In this document: piece after piece, positions 35,510 through 41,222 of the stretch
Layout: every line of letters starts with the position of its first letter
Position numbering within the stretch: position 1 is the first letter of the stretch
NCBI GenBank assembly: GCA_003990765.1
Contig: RBNJ01000110.1
Coordinates: 1-41,222, forward strand
DNA from: Jimgerdemannia flammicorona
Taxonomy: Eukaryota
DNA length: 41,222 bases
Reading direction: 5' to 3'
Notes under the pieces: generated by a model
The model's database searches: none
What the model saw: only the letters and a program-made list of their open reading frames with translations
Told to the model about the DNA's origin: nothing
Translations under genes and position numbers: made by a program

Positions 35510-36822
35510 GGTGCAGATGTCTGGAGCAAGATTGAGACAGTCTGGTGCCCTTGGTCAGACCACTGGGGTTTGCTAGGCAGAGTGAGGTTTGGGGAAAGTG
35601 GAGACAGGTCTGAACATTAGTGTCTGAATATCTCACTACTGGAGAATGGTGCCTTGTGGGAAGAATAGGTGGTAGATATTAGTACTAAGATTATTAGCTA
35701 GAGAGTACAGGAGTTGGAGATTGGAGATCATTGGTACTATTTGAAATCTAATGCTTAGTAGTACTGGAGTAAGGCTGAGAGAGAGAGGAGAGTCCAGTGG
35801 AGATGGCATGTTAGATGGGCTTCACAGAGGTTAGAGAAACTACTAGAGAGGTGGGTGGGGACTTTAGTGGACTGTGAGAAAGAGAACTGGAGGATTCAGA
35901 GGATTTGGTGAGAGATGGACAAACTAAAGGCACTGCTTAGACAGGAGGAGAAATTGCAGATAATGAGATTGGCAACTTAGCTAAGATGGCAGGGCTTGGA
36001 GGAGAGAGAGCAGTTTACTAAATTTCTATCAAAGTTACTACAGATAAGGAGGTTGAGGTAGCAGTGAGAAGGAGTATTGGATGAGACAGGGAATATGGTG
36101 ATGGGACACCAGAGATTTTGGGTCTACTGTGATCTTACTAGAGACAGCTATAGAGTGAGGAGGAGGGTGGGAAAGATACTCTAGGTATTGAATGGCAGTT
36201 GGTGGATTGGAACCCAGACCTGGCCATAGACCTGGGTGAACTTGGAGCCCTGGTACAAGGAGAGGAAGTGTGTTGGGTCCTAGTGATAATGAGTATAGAG
36301 ATGGCCTCTGGGGAGAATGGATTGTCTTGGGATTTTTGGAAGAAGATGGCTGGAGTTGAGGTTGTACTGAAGGAGATAATATAGATGTATGATGAGGTCA
36401 TTAGCTCAGGGACCTGGATTAGGGGACAGTGTCTGGAGATTATTGCTCTATTATATAAGAATAAGAGAAGAAGAGAGAATTAGAAGAACTGGAGGCTGAT
36501 TATACTTCTAAATATAGATCATAAGTTAGTGATGAAGATTTTAGAGATCAGGCTGTAAGGGGTGGCTCAGCAGATACTAGGGGCTGAGCAGAGGGGCTTT
36601 GTTGGTAGTCATTTAATTGAAGATAGGACAGTATAGGTTCATGATATTATTGAGGATATTCATGCAGCCAGGGTCAATGGTTGGCTAGTCTTTCTAGATC
36701 AAGAGAAGGTGTATAATAGAGTTCAGCATATCTAGCTAGAGGGGGTATTGAAGCAGATAAGAGTCCCTCCAGAATTTAGAAGGTCATTGATTTGTCTGTT
36801 GAAGGAAAGTTGAGCAGTGATT
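35510..36822 (+). mobile_element. 5'-truncated, decayed LINE ORF2 fragment (related family)
   Basis: WCPWSDHWG, MASGENGLSWDFWKKM, KNWRLIILLNIDHKLV, FLDQEKVY; similar to 40550 onward and to the reverse complement of 17280-18570. Confidence 0.88.
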
Positions 36823-37772
36823 ATTGACCCCCTTTCTCTGCTACCTTACCAGTCACAATGGTTTAGTAGGCAACCTTCTGAGTCCACTTTCCACAATTAT
36901 TACCCCCTCTACCTCAGGTTGGTTTTCTATACCTATTGCAGGGCAGTGGGAGAGAGGCAATAGTGATGAGTTGCCCCTTTATTGGTGTCAGATCAGTGTC
37001 TTCTCTACTTTTTCGTAGTTTCTGGTGCCTTTGGCTATATCTGGAGTATATCCATTTTGGTGTGGCACCTTCTTCCTTTTGCTGTCACCAACAAGGTGTT
37101 GTCTTGGTGTATCTCAGGCTATATAGGGAGTCAGCTGACCTTGGGCATCAAGTGCTCAGTGTAGGTTACTTGCAGGTCCTCAGTGCCTGTGGTGGGGCCC
37201 TCTGGCTTTGGTGAGCTTCCCAGCAAGCATGGTTCTAGTATAGGTGACTGCTTTTCAGGTGTTGTCAGGATGGGAGGGGAGATGGCCATCACAGATAGAA
37301 GAAAGGGCAATAATGGTGAACCAGTAGGGTACTAGGCTGGGGGCAGTTGTCGGGGCTAGGGCAAGTATTGCTTTGGTGGGGCCTTTTGATTGATGTGGTG
37401 CAGTTAGGTAGTAGGTGTCACTCTTGGCTTCTTTTGGCGGGTTGGCAGGTTAGGCCCCAGTTGTCAGGGGGGGTCAGGGGGCCCAAGGCTACCTATTTCA
37501 GGCATCTTGGCTACACTCAACTAGAACTAGGAGCTGATATAGCAACGTGATCGAGGCCTGCAGACTTGAGTAGTGGGGTATTGGGGGTCTTCTCCCACCT
37601 CACATATAAGTCCTTTACTCACCTCAACTGGGAGAACCAGGCCCTACCCACTATGTTGTACTTTGATGAGGGTTTTTCTTTGCCTCTTATTCTCTTTGGG
37701 GTGGTAGGAGCTATTCTATTTGGCTCAGGCATGGCCTTGTACATATATACATTGGGTTCTCATGCCAGCGAC
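36823..37772. repeat. Unclassified CpG-depleted segment, probably another inserted element
   Basis: Abruptly interrupts the LINE RT, moderately GC-rich but CpG-poor, no homology elsewhere in the window. Confidence 0.45.
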
Positions 37773-37856
37773 AACATCTCTTTCCAGTACCATTCAGGTT
37801 ATATGATCTTTGGAAGGTACTTTCGACAACGTTTTCAGCAAAAAGAGACTAACAAC

Positions 37857-39881
37857 ATGGCAACCGACAGACAACCTGAGGTACGTACTGGGCAGGGTGG
37901 CCCTAGCACTTTCGACTGGCAGCAGGTGGGGAGGGGGCCAGGCCTGGGGGGTGGTATGAGGGGCCTGCTGGTGGGTGGACATGGAAGGGGAGGAGGAGGT
38001 GGTGGAGGATCAGGATCTGGGAGGGCAAGCTTCGCGGAGATGGTGAAGGGGAGGCAGCAGGCGTCGGGGCTGGAGGGCTGGCTGAAGAAGGGCAAGGGGA
38101 CTGAGAAGGAGACAGTGCCGGGGGGAGCGGCCCTTGGAAGGGGGGGCGGTGGTGCTGAGGGAGTAGTGGCTGGGGGGGGTGTGACTGCTGATGGTGTTGG
38201 GACTGTCGATCTGGAAAAAAATCCAGATGTGACGGCTGATGGTGAGGCTGAGCGACTGAGGCTTAGAAGGTAAGGGGACTTGGCAGATGGTGTAACGGGT
38301 CTGGTGGTGGCGCCGTTACTCAAGAAATCAATTTCGGCATTCGCGGTCACGCTATGCTTCCGGGGCCTGGCGGTGACAGCAAAAATGGTGCTTGGGCTCA
38401 TCGCTAAGCAGGTGGCAGGTGCAGCGTCTGTGAAGTTTTTGAAGGGACTGGAAGGAGTGGAGGTGGGCTTTGAGGAGGTGGCACCACTGGAGGAGGCGCT
38501 GAAGGTTGGATTAGTGGTTGGGGAGGTATGTGTTCCTATGGCGTGGTGCTTGAAGTGGGACCCCAGGGTGGTTCAACTGCTGGTGAAGGGAGTGCCGACG
38601 GTGACAGCAATGGAGACAAGGAAGAGGGTTGAGGATTTCATGGCAGAATATGGTGAGGTGGTTGATATCGGGTTCAGAGTCTGGGAGGGGACCTCGCTCA
38701 GGACAGGTGACGTGGATGTGAGGATTTGGCTGGCTGGGAAAGAAGCCACTGGGAAGGCTAGGGATTGGCCTTCTGCGATGGTCTGGGGAGCGATTCTATG
38801 TAAGGTGACAAGGGTGAAGGGGAGTGAGGAAGAGGAGGAGGACCTATTGGAAGCACTCGAGGAGCTTGGAGGGGCTGTGGAGAGGCGTGCGAAGGCTTGG
38901 AAGGCATTTGAGAAGGCGATACACTTGGAGGTGGTGGATGGAAAGCGGATTCGAGTGACCAAGGAGCAGTGGGAAAGGGCTCAGGGGCGCAAGAGGCAGA
39001 AGGAGTTGTTGGCCAAGCTGGATAGTGGACCACTGGGGGAGGCAAACAAGGTGAAGGGCTCTGGGGGAGCTGGAGTGAGTGTCTGGGCCGGTGAGGGGGA
39101 AGGGAAGGACAAGAAGGAGGCGAGGGAGGACAGGAAGACGGCAGGGGAGGACCTGTATGCGGATGGTACACTGGAGGTGTGGGAGGAGGACTGGGTGGGT
39201 TCCCCTACCCCTACCCCTCTCATCAGGCGTGGCCCGGCTTCTTGGAATAGGGTGGTGGAAGATGTTCCAATGCGAGGGGCCCAGCGGGTGCAATTCGGAG
39301 TTCCGGAGGTGACGTATGGGGGACAGGTGGAGGCAGATGGCGAGGAGGAACTGGTGGATGTCCCGGAAGTATGGGATGAGTCTGCAAGTGCTGGAGCTGA
39401 CACTACGATGTTGGATGGAGGGAGGCTGGCGACTCCGGGGGGGAAAGAGGTGAGGAACTTGCTTTGGATGTGTCGGATGATGAATAACCTGGCGGCGGAG
39501 GAGTTGGGGGAAGTGGACTTGCGGGTGATGAGTGATGAGCACTGGGCCGGAATACTGCAGGGGGATGGCGTGATGAAGGCATTGAAGGCAGAAATTCTTG
39601 CGGTGTACCTGGAGGAGGAAGGATATGAGGTGGATAAGGCGAGGGAGGAGGAGATGGCAGTTGTTGCTGGAGAAAGGGCTGATTACTGCTGGAACAAGCG
39701 ACATGGACTACAGCTCTGGCAGGAGGCGTGCATTGAATACTGAGAGGAGTTTGAGGAGAAGGCTGATGGTGAGATGAATGAACTACTGGCTGGATTGGAG
39801 GCTCAGAGGGCTGAAGAAGAGGAGGTGGCTGCGGAACATAATTTGGACAGGGCACAGGAGGAGATGAGCATGGAGCAGTAG
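37857..39881 (+). pseudogene. LINE ORF1 (~674 aa, two in-frame stops)
   Basis: One frame from MATDRQPEV to MEQ*, broken only by TAA at 38271-38273 and TGA at 39741-39743. Confidence 0.88.
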
Positions 39882-39914
39882 AGGCAGATTGGCGACATCA
39901 CATATATCATCAAT

Positions 39915-41222
39915 ATGAACAGTACAACAAACATTTTCTCTTTGAACGTGAATGGGTTACGGGGCGCTTCTCGACGTAGGAACATTTTTACTTGGATGAA
40001 GGGATTGGAGGCCGATCTCTTCCTTTTGCAGGATGTTCGGTGCGAAGATGACTCTGATAGGTTAGAATGGACAAAGGAATGGGGCGGTGCAGCGATTTGG
40101 AGGAGCAAGGTTGGGATTTTGGTTAGGAGGGGCAGAGGGGAGATACAGAATGTGCAGTGCTGGGGGGAGAGACTGATCTGGGGAGAGTGGATTCGGGTTG
40201 GCTGGGAGCCAGTTACGGTTGGTTCTTGCTACTGCCCTGCGGTACGGGGTGAGAGGGTCGATTGGGTGAAGGGACTACTGGAAAGTGGGTTACTTGCAGA
40301 GGCAGGGGTGGATGTGCTAGGGGGAGATTTCAATATGGTTAGAGATATGCTGATGGATAGATCGGATGGAGGACGTGGTGCTGAGGGCAGGAGTGGAGGG
40401 CTGGTGGCATGGGAGGAAGTCGAGGGGCTGAGTACACTACTGGATGCCGGAAGGGAGTGCTGGGGGAGTAGGAGGGTTTATACGCATTGGGCAGGGGGTC
40501 TGGGGACTAGGATCGATTGGATTTTGACGGCTTGCTGCTGGGGACTAGATGTTTGGAAATCGTTGGAGGTGGAATGGTGTCCATGGTCAGACCACTGGGG
40601 GTTTTTGGGACAGGGGTGCTTTGGGGGAAGTGGGGATGGGCCTGGACATTGGCGCCTCAATTCCTCTTTGTTAGATAACAAGACCCGGTGGGATGAGTGG
40701 GCTAAAGACATTCAGCTGAGAGTGGAGACCTGGAGGCAGGAAGGGGCTGCGGTTGGGACTCGGTGGATGAGGATGAAGGAAATGGCCAGAATATACTGGA
40801 AGGAGGCTGGCAAGGAGGCAGGGAAGCAGCGAAAACAAAAGGTGCGCTGGGCCTCTGCTTGATTGACAAGGCTCCTGGAGGAGTGGGCAAGGCTGATGAT
40901 GGTGGAGGGAGAAGAAGATTGGAGGTTGCTGAGGGCGAAAATGGAGGTTGGGGAACTTCAACAGGTGCTGCGGGAGGAGGAAGAGGTGAGGGTACAAAGC
41001 TTGGCAGCCCGGCTTCGTTGGCAGGATCTGGAGGAAGGTGAGAGGCCTTCCAAGCTTCTTTCAAGGGCCCTCAGAGCAAGGCGGGTCCAGCAATGGTGGG
41101 AAGGGGTTTTGGACTCTGATGGTGTACTGGTGCATGGTGTACAGGACATTCTTGGATCGCTGAAGGAGAGATGGAGTGGATTGTGGAGTGAGGAGGAAGG
41201 TGGGGCAGATGCCGCTACAATT
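39915..41222 (+). pseudogene. LINE ORF2 N-terminal part (AP-endonuclease and linker)
   Basis: SLNVNGL, LLQDVR, GGDFN, TRIDW, WSDH, WRLNSSLL, GERPSK; one TGA at 40860-40862. Confidence 0.92.

Larger units (their letters stand above)
37773..41222 (+). mobile_element. Young L1/Tx1-like LINE, 5' end intact, runs off the window
   Basis: 5' end AACATCTCTTTCCAGTACCATTCAGGTTA matches that of the minus-strand copy; CpGs largely retained. Confidence 0.93.

Noticed and set aside
37566-37856. Hydrophobic N-terminal extension of the 235-aa ORF, resembling a membrane protein fused to ORF1
   Set aside because: Starts at TTG, crosses the LINE 5' boundary (~37773) and is absent from the other copy; chance open frame.
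37835-41149. Minus-strand ORFs up to 286 aa
   Set aside because: Antisense shadows of LINE ORF1 and ORF2.

Overview
Eukaryotic, most likely fungal, repeat-rich window. Evidence: spliceosomal introns, LTR and non-LTR retroelements, and C-to-T decay confined to repeats. An early-diverging fungal host is my inference only. Two stacks of nested, mutationally decayed retrotransposons flank a ~4.4 kb CpG-retaining gene island. Left stack: Ty3/Gypsy element A (1667-23522) contains a full-length relative B (2562-9208) and a Ty1/Copia element (10523-21546), and the Copia contains a full-length L1/Tx1-like LINE (15438-21354, minus). The island holds two tandem intron-containing DUF4246-type (2OG-Fe(II) oxygenase-like) genes, the second lacking the predicted catalytic residues, plus a TPR pseudogene. 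Right stack: a decayed Copia is interrupted by a different Gypsy (D), followed by a LINE fragment, an unclassified repeat and a nearly intact LINE. The most interesting signal is an unusual architecture shared by two divergent Gypsy families: a dUTPase upstream of RT, integrase split into its own ORF after RNase H, and a conserved unrecognised ~155-167 codon extra ORF between integrase and the 3' LTR. All alignments and translations were done by eye, so internal domain boundaries are approximate.
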